Positions 8,706-18,678 of a stretch of DNA of 64,000 nucleotides are shown here, one piece after another. The notes beneath the pieces are model-generated. The model did no database searches, was not told the DNA's origin, and was given only the letters and a program-made list of their open reading frames with translations. Made by a program: the position numbers and the translations under genes. Within the stretch, counting starts at the first letter, position 1. Each line of letters starts with the position of its first letter. The stretch comes from Candidatus Omnitrophota bacterium (lineage in GTDB: Bacteria > Omnitrophota > Gorgyraeia > Aquiviventales > Aquiviventaceae): assembly GCA_023247255.1 (NCBI GenBank), contig JAHFGV010000006.1, forward strand, positions 14,231 to 78,230. The letters run 5' to 3'.

Positions 8706-8722
8706 TTAAAAGGGGTGGCGGG

Positions 8723-9568
8723 ATGAAACTGTTTAGTCGGCACCATACAGCCTTTGTGCGGCGATCCAAGAGGGATATTCCCGCAGGCCTGTGGACCAAA
8801 TGCGAATCCTGCGGCCAGTTGATCTACAACAAGGCGCTCGAAGAGCAGCTTCGGGTTTGCTTCAAGTGTGATTTCCATTTTCCATTGTCCGCCCACCAAC
8901 GACTGGCCCTTACCATCGATGCTGGAACCTTTGAGGAATGGGACGCAGAGCTTGCTCCCATCGATCCGCTGCAGTTTGATGTGCCAAAGCCATATCTAGG
9001 GAAGGTGGTTGAAGAGCAACGCGCGTGCGGGATGACGGATGCCTGCATTAGCGGTTGTGGAAAGCTTGAGGGCTACGCTGTCGTGATAGGCATTACCGAT
9101 TCCCGATTCATGATGGGCTCGATGGGCTCGGTGGTTGGAGAAAAACTGACCCGTGCCATTGAACGCGCCACCCATCGACGCTTGCCCCTGATTATCATCT
9201 CTGGATCCGGAGGAGGCGCTCGAATGCAGGAAGGGATGTTCAGCTTGATGCAGATGGCTAAAACCTCCAGCGCCTTGATGCGTTTTGACGAACAAGGAGG
9301 ATTATTCGTCTCGGTGCTGACTCATCCAACCATGGCTGGTGTTCTGGCCAGCTTTGCGACGTTGGGAGATATTATCCTCGCGGAGCCCAAGGCCCTGATC
9401 GGTTTTACCGGACCCCGTGTCATCGAATCGACGATTCGGCAAAAGCTGCCGGAAGGTTTTCAGCGTTCCGAATTCCTCCTCGAACACGGTCTCATTGACT
9501 TGATTGTGCATCGTCGGGATATGAAGCTTACCATCGCCCGTCTCATTCGCCATCTCATTCCCAGTTAA
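8723..9568 (+). CDS. accD: Acetyl-CoA carboxylase carboxyltransferase beta subunit
   Basis: GLWTKCxxC zinc finger, FMMGSMGSVVGEK, GGARMQEG, IGFTGPRVIE. Confidence 0.97.
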   Translation: MKLFSRHHTAFVRRSKRDIPAGLWTKCESCGQLIYNKALEEQLRVCFKCDFHFPLSAHQRLALTIDAGTFEEWDAELAPIDPLQFDVPKPYLGKVVEEQRACGMTDACISGCGKLEGYAVVIGITDSRFMMGSMGSVVGEKLTRAIERATHRRLPLIIISGSGGGARMQEGMFSLMQMAKTSSALMRFDEQGGLFVSVLTHPTMAGVLASFATLGDIILAEPKALIGFTGPRVIESTIRQKLPEGFQRSEFLLEHGLIDLIVHRRDMKLTIARLIRHLIPS

Positions 9569-9570
9569 AA

Positions 9571-9811
9571 GTGGGCTTTTGCAAAAATAGCCAACGCGTT
9601 GACCGAGTGTTATGTCCTATTCCAAGAGAAGCAATGAGGATTGTGTCATGTTTCATGAGTCATGTGTCATGAAAAAGCAGAAAATAAACAGGTATCTCAA
9701 GCATAGCCAAAGGGGCTCTTTTGCTTTCCATGACTCATGACACATAACACATGACTCATGACACAGACGTGAGCGCTGCCACTAATCTCGATGCATTTTG
9801 CAAAACCTCAG
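9571..9811 (+). mobile_element. MITE family A, full 241-bp copy, target duplication TTAAAA
   Basis: Near-identical to 8356-8596; TTAAAA at 9565-9570 (contains the accD stop) and 9812-9817. Confidence 0.9.
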
Positions 9812-9839
9812 TTAAAATAAAAACAGGGGAGTTGGGCAC

Positions 9840-10943
9840 ATGGCCCAAGTAAGATTGTTGAATATCTCAAAAATGTATTCGGGAGGCAACGTCGCCGTTA
9901 AGGATGCCAGCCTCAATGTGGAAAGCCGCGAGTTTCTGGTTATCGTCGGCCCTTCCGGGTGTGGAAAATCCACGTTGCTTCGAATGATTGCGGGTCTGGA
10001 AGAGCTGAGCAGTGGCGAGATTTGGATCGGCGATAAACGAGTGAACTCGATTCCGCCCAAAGATCGCGATATCGCCATGGTGTTTCAGAACTATGCCTTG
10101 TATCCGCATATGACGGTGTTTGAAAACATGGCTTTTGGCCTACGTCTGCGAGGATACACCCGGCGTGAAATCGAGCAACGGGTTCGCGATGCCGCCTCTA
10201 TTCTGGGTATTGAATCCTATCTTCAACGCAAGCCGAAGGAACTCTCAGGTGGGGAACGTCAGCGTGTGGCCGTAGGCAGGGCGATTGTCCGAAAACCGAT
10301 GGTCTTTCTGTTTGACGAGCCCCTTTCGAATCTGGATGCCAAATTACGGGTGCAGATGCGCACGGAGATCCGCAAGCTGCATCTGAAGCTTCAGACCACG
10401 ATGATTTATGTGACTCACGACCAAACAGAGGCGATGACCATGGGGGATCGCATCGTGGTAATGAACAAAGCGTTGATTCAACAGGTGGCGGATCCACTCA
10501 CGATTTATGAGCATCCGGCGAATCTGTTCGTGGCCAGTTTCATCGGGGCGCCACCGATGAATTTTCTAAAGGGAACGATCAACCGAATGGGCGAGACCGT
10601 ATTGTTCAAGAACGAGTCCGTCCGCTTGCGGGTAGTGGAAGAAATGGCCAGCCGACTGATCCATTGTGAACACCAACCCGTGATTTTGGGTATTCGACCC
10701 GAGGATTTGTACGACAAGCTGTTTATCATGGATGCCCCACCAGACACCGTCTTGACGGCGACCGTCGAGGTTGTGGAACCTATGGGGGCGGAGGTGTATC
10801 TGCATTTGAAGATCGGTTCCCATGCGCTCGTTGCACGAGTTGGTCCTCACAACCGTCCGGAAGTCAATCAGGATATCGATGTGGTGTTTGATATGGGGAA
10901 AGTCCATTTCTTTGACGCAACGACTCAGGCGGCAATTGTCTGA
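9840..10943 (+). CDS. MalK/UgpC/MsmX-type sugar ABC ATPase
   Basis: [44 protein letters not shown]-like C-terminus. Confidence 0.95.
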   Translation: MAQVRLLNISKMYSGGNVAVKDASLNVESREFLVIVGPSGCGKSTLLRMIAGLEELSSGEIWIGDKRVNSIPPKDRDIAMVFQNYALYPHMTVFENMAFGLRLRGYTRREIEQRVRDAASILGIESYLQRKPKELSGGERQRVAVGRAIVRKPMVFLFDEPLSNLDAKLRVQMRTEIRKLHLKLQTTMIYVTHDQTEAMTMGDRIVVMNKALIQQVADPLTIYEHPANLFVASFIGAPPMNFLKGTINRMGETVLFKNESVRLRVVEEMASRLIHCEHQPVILGIRPEDLYDKLFIMDAPPDTVLTATVEVVEPMGAEVYLHLKIGSHALVARVGPHNRPEVNQDIDVVFDMGKVHFFDATTQAAIV

Positions 10944-10969
10944 TCGGAAACACCCTATTTCCTTCACCT

Positions 10970-12397
10970 ATGGCTGAGAATTCCACACTCAAACCCATCA
11001 GCGCCATTCGCTGGCTGGTTGCTTTTGCCAGCGGCCTGGTATGCGCCAGCCTGCTGATGTCGAGTTCGCTCCAGAGCCTTGGAGAACTCAGCCATATCTT
11101 CTGCCTGGTGGCGATTGCCCTGGTGGCTTATTCCTGGGTGTTGTATTCCATGACCATGAGTATCGGTATCAGCGCGATCACGTTTCTGTGCGTGGTCTGG
11201 GTGTGGGCCCTTCAACGCTCGGTATTGCTTGGAATCGATCTTGTGGCACTGATGTTTTTGCTGGGCATCGGGTTTTGGCAGATGCGGCGTCGGTTCAGAC
11301 GGTTTCAACGAATGAGCCAGGTATTGGATGACTTGCGTGAAGAGACTACGGTTAAGGAACAGGCAGTCTCCCATGCCACCCAGCTGCGGGATGCCCTTCA
11401 AAAAAAGCTCTACCGCTACACGCAACTCCAAGCGATTGCCGAACGCTTGAGCTATTTGACGGAATTTAACGGTATCGCGCAGCTTGCGGTTGAAAGTGCC
11501 TTTTCCCTGATTGGCAAATCGGATGCCTGTTTGTTGCTTCTGCTGGATACGCATCACCAGGAACTTTCCCTGATCGCCTCAAAGAAACATGACGGGTCTA
11601 TGGCCATTCGAGCCAAGCATGGGGACCCGTTTGACCGCTATGTGCTGCGCACCCATCGTCCATTGATTGTAAGCGATGTGCGGCGAGATTTCCGGTTCAC
11701 CACTATGGGATTTTCCGACCGCTGTGTGAGTTCCGTGATCGCGTGTCCGATTTTGCTGAATCAAGGAGTGGCAGGGGTGCTTCGCCTGGATAGTGCGCAG
11801 CCGGCGGTCTATAGCCAGGATGATTTGCGATTTTTGGACGTCCTGCTGGGATTGGTGGAAACGGCAATGGCCAATGCGCAATTGTTTGAAAAAACTCAGC
11901 AGCTTGCCATTACCGATGGGCTAACCGGCTTGCTTTTAGCCCGGCCGCTATCGGAGCAGTTGGGACGCGAGTTGGTTCGAGCCGACCGCAACCATGAGCC
12001 GATTTCGGTATTGATGCTAGACATCGACCACTTTAAACAATACAACGACAAGTACGGCCATCCGGCCGGTGATGGGGTGTTGAAACGGGTGGCCGATATC
12101 TTGCGGCGTGTCGTTCCTCCAGATGCGGCCGTCGCTCGTTATGGAGGTGAGGAGTTTATTATTTTATTGCCGCGTATGATTCGTGAAGAGGCCCGTGTCG
12201 TTGCAGAATCCATTCGGTCTCAGGTTGCCGAACAAGCTCTCAGGCCAGAATCAGGGATGCGGATTAAGATCACCCTGTCGATTGGAATCGTTTGTTTTCC
12301 TGAAGATGCCCGGACAGAAGTGGAGTTGATCCGTATCGCTGATCAACGACTCTATCAAGCGAAACACGATGGGCGAAATCGGGTGTGCGCGTTATGA
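10970..12397 (+). CDS. Membrane GAF-GGDEF diguanylate cyclase
   Basis: N-terminal TM helices, GAF-like region, DIDHFK..YGHPAGD, RYGGEEF. Confidence 0.92.
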   Translation: MAENSTLKPISAIRWLVAFASGLVCASLLMSSSLQSLGELSHIFCLVAIALVAYSWVLYSMTMSIGISAITFLCVVWVWALQRSVLLGIDLVALMFLLGIGFWQMRRRFRRFQRMSQVLDDLREETTVKEQAVSHATQLRDALQKKLYRYTQLQAIAERLSYLTEFNGIAQLAVESAFSLIGKSDACLLLLLDTHHQELSLIASKKHDGSMAIRAKHGDPFDRYVLRTHRPLIVSDVRRDFRFTTMGFSDRCVSSVIACPILLNQGVAGVLRLDSAQPAVYSQDDLRFLDVLLGLVETAMANAQLFEKTQQLAITDGLTGLLLARPLSEQLGRELVRADRNHEPISVLMLDIDHFKQYNDKYGHPAGDGVLKRVADILRRVVPPDAAVARYGGEEFIILLPRMIREEARVVAESIRSQVAEQALRPESGMRIKITLSIGIVCFPEDARTEVELIRIADQRLYQAKHDGRNRVCAL

Positions 12398-13698
12398 TTC
12401 CGACAATGATTTGTTGGCTTCTGGCAATGGAATCTGGCTTATCCTGGGCGGCGCGATGGACAGTAATCCTGGATCTGGTCACGATACTGGTTTTCACCGT
12501 CACCGAGGGTAGGCTTCTGAACCAATGGAACGGTTGGGCGCAACTGGCCATTTTAGGGATCACCCCCTGGCTTTTGGCCATTCAGCGCATGCGGGATGAA
12601 CGGTTGCTCAAAACCCAGCAGGCCGAAGAAGCCAGAGAGTTGAACCATCTGTCTGATCGCTCGCGAAATCTTCTATCGATCCAGCATCAGACGCAGAAAA
12701 CCGAACGTCAGATCGCCGAAATCACCGATGCCTATCATGTGACTCGTGAGGCCTCTAAAACCTTGCGTCTGACGGAGCTTTTTTCCATCTTGCTCGATCT
12801 TGCCCCTCGGTTGCTCAATGTGAAGACCTTGAGGTTGATCGATCTGTCTACGGATCGCTGGCAGGTTCTACGAGCGCATCAACTTCCGGATGGTCAGATC
12901 GTGATGGTTGGTTCCAGCCCAGATGTCCCAGCGGATTATGCGACGCAAGTGCCCTCACAGACCGAGCGGGTGATTATTCAAGAAGCGGCTTCGATGGATC
13001 ACGGTTATCGAGACCCTATCGGATGGATACAGGAAGGAGATTCTCGTTTTAGCTGGACTCCCTTGTGGTGGAACCGACAGCTCAGCGGTGTGCTGGTTGT
13101 GGAGTCGCTCGCAGAATCGCAGAAAAAAGTGCTCTTGATGATCGCCAACCAACTGTCCCTGCAACTTTCTCGGATTCTTCTTTATCAGCAAGTGGAGTCT
13201 CTTGCAGTGACGGATGCTTTGACAGGTCTTTTTGTGCGTCGTTACTTCGTGGAACGCGCAAAGGAAGAACTCGCCCGTGCGCAACATCACGATTTGCCTG
13301 CCACTTTGGTGATGGTGGATTTGGATCATTTCAAGCAGAAGAACGACACATACGGCCATCTGGTCGGTGACATCGTTCTGACGGAAGTGGCGCAATTGTT
13401 GCAGCGGAATTTGCGGGAAGTGGATTTGATTGCCCGTTACGGAGGTGAAGAGTTCATTTTACTTTTGGTAGAGACGACGCTTGACCAGGCGGTGCCGGTT
13501 GCCGAGCGACTCAGACAAATTATCGAGCTGCATCCGATTCGCGCCTATGATGAGCTGTTGTCCCAGACCGTCAGTTTGGGTATCGCTGGGTTTCCTAGGG
13601 ATGGACAGACGCTTGAGGCGTTGATCGAAAAAGCCGATGAGGCCCTGTACGCCGCCAAGAAAGCGGGACGCAACCGGCTCATGGGCAGTCACCTTTAG
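12394..13698 (+). CDS. Membrane GGDEF diguanylate cyclase
   Basis: DLDHFK..YGHLVGD, REVDLIARYGGEEF; ATGA overlap with the previous gene. Confidence 0.92.
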   Translation: MIPTMICWLLAMESGLSWAARWTVILDLVTILVFTVTEGRLLNQWNGWAQLAILGITPWLLAIQRMRDERLLKTQQAEEARELNHLSDRSRNLLSIQHQTQKTERQIAEITDAYHVTREASKTLRLTELFSILLDLAPRLLNVKTLRLIDLSTDRWQVLRAHQLPDGQIVMVGSSPDVPADYATQVPSQTERVIIQEAASMDHGYRDPIGWIQEGDSRFSWTPLWWNRQLSGVLVVESLAESQKKVLLMIANQLSLQLSRILLYQQVESLAVTDALTGLFVRRYFVERAKEELARAQHHDLPATLVMVDLDHFKQKNDTYGHLVGDIVLTEVAQLLQRNLREVDLIARYGGEEFILLLVETTLDQAVPVAERLRQIIELHPIRAYDELLSQTVSLGIAGFPRDGQTLEALIEKADEALYAAKKAGRNRLMGSHL

Positions 13699-13788
13699 CG
13701 GGGCATGGCTCATTCGTTTAAATCCGACGCTAGAGGACTTTTACCGGACACCTAACGTCCTGCGCCTGGTGTGAGGGAGTCGCTATCC

Positions 13789-14847
13789 ATGCGAAAAAAC
13801 GTTGCCATCCGCCGTAGAACTCTTGCGAGGTCTGTTAATGGCAAATGGGTGGTGGGTATCGATGTCGGTGGAACGAATGTGAAAGTCGGACTCGTTAGCC
13901 CTCAAAGACGGGTAGTGCGTCTGTGTTTATTCGCGACTCAGACCTATCAGAAGCCCGATAGCTTCGTCGTTAAGATAAGTGAGGTCGTTCAATCGCTTCT
14001 GGAGCAGGCAGGCTTGGGAATTTCAAAATTGGAAGGTATCGGGATCGGACTTCCCGGGCCGGTAGATGTGGATCGAGGGATTGTGCACTCTTGCGTGAAC
14101 ATTCCCGCTTGGCAGGAGTTTCCCCTTCGTCGCATTCTCAAACGGCGCTTGAACTGCGAGGTTTTCGTTGATAACGATGTTAATGTGACTGCCCTGGGGG
14201 TTTGGATGTTCGGTTCAGGCCGTGGGTTTTGTCATCTTGTCTGTGTGACCATTGGTACTGGCGTGGGAGGGGGGCTGATCTTGCATGGATCGCTCTATCG
14301 AGGCAGCAATGGCTCGGCTGGTGAGATCGGTCATATGGCGGTCAATCCCCGTGGCCGAATCTGTGCGTGTGGAGCGCGAGGATGCCTGGAAACAGAGATA
14401 GGCAGCTTGGCCATCATGGATCGCGCGCGAAAAGCAGTCGATCGAAAGCCGGGGCCATTGAGGAATCTGGCGCGAAAAGCATACGGACGACTGACACCGG
14501 ATCTAGTTTGTCAGGCGGCTTCCCGTGGGGATGCGGCGGCCAAAGCAATATGGGACGAAGTGGGCTATTGGCTGGGCGTGGGGCTTGCGAATCTCGTCAA
14601 CCTTTTGAACCCGGATGGTATCGTGATCGGTGGTGGGATTGCCAATGCGTGGAAGTTCTTTTCTCCGGTGATGATGCGGACCTTGCGGACTCAAGCGATG
14701 ACTCTTTCAGCGCGGACCGTACGGGTGGTTCGGGATGAATTGGGATCGCAGGCCGGTATCTTGGGAGCAACGGTGCTTGTCCAACAACTTGGCAAAAGGG
14801 GGCTAGCAACCAATGAAGATTTTTTTGGACTCGGCAAACCTGGTTGA
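13789..14847 (+). CDS. ROK-family sugar kinase (glucokinase-like)
   Basis: GIDVGGTN, DNDVN, GTGVGGG, GEIGH, CACGxxGCLE. Confidence 0.93.
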   Translation: MRKNVAIRRRTLARSVNGKWVVGIDVGGTNVKVGLVSPQRRVVRLCLFATQTYQKPDSFVVKISEVVQSLLEQAGLGISKLEGIGIGLPGPVDVDRGIVHSCVNIPAWQEFPLRRILKRRLNCEVFVDNDVNVTALGVWMFGSGRGFCHLVCVTIGTGVGGGLILHGSLYRGSNGSAGEIGHMAVNPRGRICACGARGCLETEIGSLAIMDRARKAVDRKPGPLRNLARKAYGRLTPDLVCQAASRGDAAAKAIWDEVGYWLGVGLANLVNLLNPDGIVIGGGIANAWKFFSPVMMRTLRTQAMTLSARTVRVVRDELGSQAGILGATVLVQQLGKRGLATNEDFFGLGKPG

Positions 14848-15511
14848 AATTAAAGAGGCCGTGAGTTGGGGGGCCATTGACGGGGTGACCACTAACCCAA
14901 GCCTTGTCTCCAAAGAACAGCAGGACTTCTTTGAGTTGCTCCGGACGATTTGCGAAATCGTGAACGGCCCGGTGAGTATGGAGACGATTTCAAAAGACGC
15001 CGCAGGGATGGCGCAGGAGGGCAGGCAGTTCAGCGCCCTTCATCCCAACATTATCGTCAAATGCCCACTGACGAAAGAAGGTTTGAAAGCGACACGGCAA
15101 TTGGCCAGTGAGCATATCCGCGTCAATGTTACTCTCTGTTTTTCACCCTCTCAAGCCTTGCTCGCTGCCAAGGCCGGTGCCTTCTATGTGTCTCCTTTCA
15201 TCGGTCGTCTCGATGATATCAGCAACGATGGAATGCAGTTAATCCGCCAGATCAAGACGATCTATGCCAACTACCGATTTCCAACCCAGATCTTGGTCGC
15301 AAGCGTCCGGCACCCGATCCATGTGGTGGAGGCGGCTCAGATCGGCGCGGACATCGCCACGATGCCGTTCGGTACGCTGGAAGCTTTGATCAGACACCCA
15401 CTGACTGATATAGGATTGGAACGATTCTTGAAGGACTGGGAACGACTGCCGCAATCCGCTCGGAATCTAATCAACCCGAACGTAGGATCTCTGGCAAAAG
15501 CAGTTCGCTGA
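14813..15511 (+). CDS. Transaldolase / fructose-6-phosphate aldolase (Fsa/TalC family)
   Basis: IFLDSA, GVTTNPSL, VNVTLCFS, YVSPFIGRLDD, ASVRHP. Confidence 0.95.
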   Translation: MKIFLDSANLVEIKEAVSWGAIDGVTTNPSLVSKEQQDFFELLRTICEIVNGPVSMETISKDAAGMAQEGRQFSALHPNIIVKCPLTKEGLKATRQLASEHIRVNVTLCFSPSQALLAAKAGAFYVSPFIGRLDDISNDGMQLIRQIKTIYANYRFPTQILVASVRHPIHVVEAAQIGADIATMPFGTLEALIRHPLTDIGLERFLKDWERLPQSARNLINPNVGSLAKAVR

Positions 15512-15540
15512 CGGCCATTTTTGTTTCTGGAGCTTAGGTA

Positions 15541-18500
15541 GTGAAACGATCGCTCTGTGGGTTACTGGTCTTGTGTGCGGCTTTCACCCTGGGTGTCTCT
15601 GCCTGGGCCTCTGACGCAGACGTTACCCATCATTGGCAGCGAGCCAAGCACCTGTTAAAGGAAGGCGACTATCAAGGGGCATTGGATTCCCTAGAGCAAA
15701 TCCTTTCGCTCAACCCCGATGATTTACTGGCCCAGGGATACCGGAGTCTTTGCGAACAACGTTTGAGAGATCCTCGGTCGATCAAACAACTTTCTCCATC
15801 GGAACTTTCGAAGCTGGAGAATAGACTTCGTCAGGAAGCACAGGCGCAGCGGAAGGCGAGCAGCCAGCAAAAAATTAGAGAACGAACATTCCGCATTGAA
15901 CAACGCCAGTGGGACCAGAAGCTTTCTGCCCAAAGGCGGCAAGCTCAACAGACCCAACAAACCCACGCCCCTCCCAAACAACAGAGCCTTCCTGTAACGG
16001 ATAAGCAGCAGAAAGAATCCCCACCTCTTGAGTCGACTCTGCTCCAAGAACAGGATAAATCGGTGTCTGAAGCGGCTTTGGAAGAAGCTGTTCCAGACGC
16101 AAATGAAACGCCTCCCTTAGAAACAAGCACCCCTGTAATCGAATCCCGCCAACAGAAACTTGAAGACGTTGCGGCAAGCCTGCCCCATCAGAGAGACACT
16201 GCCTCTGACCGTGGGCACCAGGATGTGCCTCCTGGATCGCGTGGACAGGATGTCGCCCCACCTACAGAACAAGAATTGGAATCACTGCCTTCACGGTCCG
16301 AAGAAGAATCTGTCGGCCTTAAGTCCGACGAGCAAAAGGAACAAGATGAGGAAAAAGTGGAGATTCACGCCGACCAAATGATCGTCTCCCCTGAGCGAAA
16401 ACGAGCCACTGCACAAGGCGATGTGGAATTAGAATACGGTTCCATAACCATGACCTGTGACCGGATGACCCTGTTCACCGATACCCATGATCTTTATGCG
16501 CAAGGAGACGTGTGGATCAAAGATGGCCAGAAGATCTTTCAGGGCCAGGCCATGCACACTAACACCGATACGAAAAAAGGCCGATTCCTTCAAGGACGCC
16601 TCGCCTCTTTGCCATGGTATGAATCCGGTCGGCTCATCGAGCAGATCAGCGAAGGGGTGTATCGGGTTCACTCCGGGGAGTTTACTTCCTGTGATCACGA
16701 GCCGCCTCACTTTAAGTTTACGGCGCGCCAGGCCACTGTCTTTGGCGATGACAGCATCGTCCGCGCGCGACATGCGAGTCTGCGGGTGGGTAACATGCCT
16801 GTTCTTTATTTACCCTGGCTGTCCGTTGCGGACCGACGATCCCCATTCTACATTATTCCAGGCAAACGAAAGCCCTGGGGAGAATATACCTTGATGGGAT
16901 ATCGTTATGAGTTACCCGAACAACCTGGCTCCCTTCGCCAGCAGGGTACGTTAAAAGTCGATTGGAGGCGCTATTTTGGATGGGGGGTGGGTTGGGACCA
17001 CCAGATCGAATCCGACACCCTGGGCAGCGGACTGCTCAAGACTTACTACAATGACGAGCCCAACCAGAGAGAACCCAAAAGCGCTCATCCTAAGGGTGCG
17101 GAAATCAATCGCTACCGCCTACTTTGGCGCCACCTTTGGAGGCCTCGCGAAGATACGGTGGTGTTGACAGACATTCAGGAATTCAGCGACGTGAATTTCC
17201 GGAAGGAGCTTTTATTCCAGGAGGAGTTCGTGAATGACGATCAACCGGAGAGTTTCATTTCTTCCGTTACTTCCATGAGCGCTTATACGTTCAGCGGCCT
17301 GTTGCGAAAACGGATGAACCGTTTTCAAACAGTGACTGAGGCGCTTCCTCAAATGACCGTGGATGTCCGTCCGCAGCGCTTGGGCAGAAGCCAGTTCTAC
17401 ACGGACAGCCATCTGGATTTCGCAAACTTCCAGACAGTACGCGCCCATTCGGATAACGATACGGATGTGGTGCGCGTGGACTGGCTGCAGCAATTGAGTT
17501 ACGCTCTGAATTGGTTCCGTCCCATAGAGATCACGCCCAGAGCAGGCATCCGCCAGACGTATTACACCAAGGATAAGCAGGGAGGCAGCGAAAGACCGGA
17601 TGGTATGCGGAATCTTATCAGCGGCCAGCTATCGTTTGGAACCGATGCAAGCCTCAAGCTTTTTCGGATCTTTCCGGTTGTTACCAACTGGTTGGGGCTG
17701 GATTTGTTCTGGCTGCGTCATGTGTTGACCCCGACGATCAGCTATCAGTATACGCACCAGCCCACCGTGCCCAATAGCTTGTTGGAATTTCCAACTGCCG
17801 GTTCCCCCGCAAATACTCTGACGTTTGGCATTGAAAACAAGTTACAAACCAGACGTTCCGATGCCGGCACTTCCCGCCACAACGTAGATCTGGCACGTTT
17901 TCTGGTGTCCCTACCCTATACCTTTCGCGGGAATGCGAACAAACAAGGAGGACGATTGGGTAATTGGGCTTTCGATTTAGAGATCACCCCTTGGCGGTGG
18001 ATGCGCCTCGAAGCCGACTGGAGCTATCGAACGATTTTTCCAAAAGGACAGTCTGATTCCCGAGTGCCCGGTTTCAATCTTGACTGGGTGGTAACCGGTG
18101 GGGCAGGCGATCGACAGCTTTCGGTAACGCAGCTTCCCAAACTTCAGGCCCCTGAGCCTGGGCAATTTGGAGTCGAGAGGCTTGAGCTCACCCAGATGAT
18201 GCCCAAAGGCCAATGGTACCTCGGGCTGGGACACCGTTATTCACATAACGATAAGACCGAGGCCGTGTTACAGTGGGACTGGCAGGCGACGGAGAAATGG
18301 CAGATCGGGACTTTCCACCGCTTGACATGGAAAGAAGCCATCGGGGGTTCCAAACGCTTTTATAACTTCCGTGAATATCAATACCGGCTGCGCCGGGATT
18401 TGCACGATTGGATTGCGGAATTGAGCTACCACGTCGATCGCGAGTTCGGTGAGGAACTCTTTTTTATAATGACCCTGAAGGCCTTTCCTCAAATGCCCCT

Positions 18501-18594
18501 GTCGCTGGGTGACTCCTATCATCAGCCTAAGATCGGTTCTCAAAACGATCCTTTTTCTCCCATGCGCAGCCAGCATCCCACCCCTGTTAATTAG
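15541..18594 (+). CDS. LptD-like LPS assembly protein with an N-terminal TPR and a Q/E-rich linker
   Basis: Signal peptide, TPR, OstA-like region (IHADQM, AQGDVEL), FTSCDHEPPHF, PVLYLP, barrel ending RRDLHDW. Confidence 0.8.
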   Translation: MKRSLCGLLVLCAAFTLGVSAWASDADVTHHWQRAKHLLKEGDYQGALDSLEQILSLNPDDLLAQGYRSLCEQRLRDPRSIKQLSPSELSKLENRLRQEAQAQRKASSQQKIRERTFRIEQRQWDQKLSAQRRQAQQTQQTHAPPKQQSLPVTDKQQKESPPLESTLLQEQDKSVSEAALEEAVPDANETPPLETSTPVIESRQQKLEDVAASLPHQRDTASDRGHQDVPPGSRGQDVAPPTEQELESLPSRSEEESVGLKSDEQKEQDEEKVEIHADQMIVSPERKRATAQGDVELEYGSITMTCDRMTLFTDTHDLYAQGDVWIKDGQKIFQGQAMHTNTDTKKGRFLQGRLASLPWYESGRLIEQISEGVYRVHSGEFTSCDHEPPHFKFTARQATVFGDDSIVRARHASLRVGNMPVLYLPWLSVADRRSPFYIIPGKRKPWGEYTLMGYRYELPEQPGSLRQQGTLKVDWRRYFGWGVGWDHQIESDTLGSGLLKTYYNDEPNQREPKSAHPKGAEINRYRLLWRHLWRPREDTVVLTDIQEFSDVNFRKELLFQEEFVNDDQPESFISSVTSMSAYTFSGLLRKRMNRFQTVTEALPQMTVDVRPQRLGRSQFYTDSHLDFANFQTVRAHSDNDTDVVRVDWLQQLSYALNWFRPIEITPRAGIRQTYYTKDKQGGSERPDGMRNLISGQLSFGTDASLKLFRIFPVVTNWLGLDLFWLRHVLTPTISYQYTHQPTVPNSLLEFPTAGSPANTLTFGIENKLQTRRSDAGTSRHNVDLARFLVSLPYTFRGNANKQGGRLGNWAFDLEITPWRWMRLEADWSYRTIFPKGQSDSRVPGFNLDWVVTGGAGDRQLSVTQLPKLQAPEPGQFGVERLELTQMMPKGQWYLGLGHRYSHNDKTEAVLQWDWQATEKWQIGTFHRLTWKEAIGGSKRFYNFREYQYRLRRDLHDWIAELSYHVDREFGEELFFIMTLKAFPQMPLSLGDSYHQPKIGSQNDPFSPMRSQHPTPVN

Positions 18595-18603
18595 TCTGAA
18601 GCC

Positions 18604-18631
18604 TTGCTTTTGAGAGGGGGTAGGTTATAAT
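18604..18631 (+). promoter_or_regulatory. Candidate sigma70 promoter for the glycan locus
   Basis: TTGCTT-16 bp-TATAAT about 50 bp upstream of ugd. Confidence 0.55.
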
Positions 18632-18678
18632 ACTGCGACATTCTCCCCCTTAACGTTCTGAAGCTCTAGCGAGGTCCC

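Noticed and set aside
8356-9811. Composite transposon carrying accD
   Set aside because: Each copy has its own target duplication and the outermost flanks differ (TCTTAA vs TTAAAA).
15527-15538. CTGGAGCTTAGG matching the inner repeat's right end
   Set aside because: Only 12 bp, and it doubles as the likely RBS of the LptD-like gene; could be chance.
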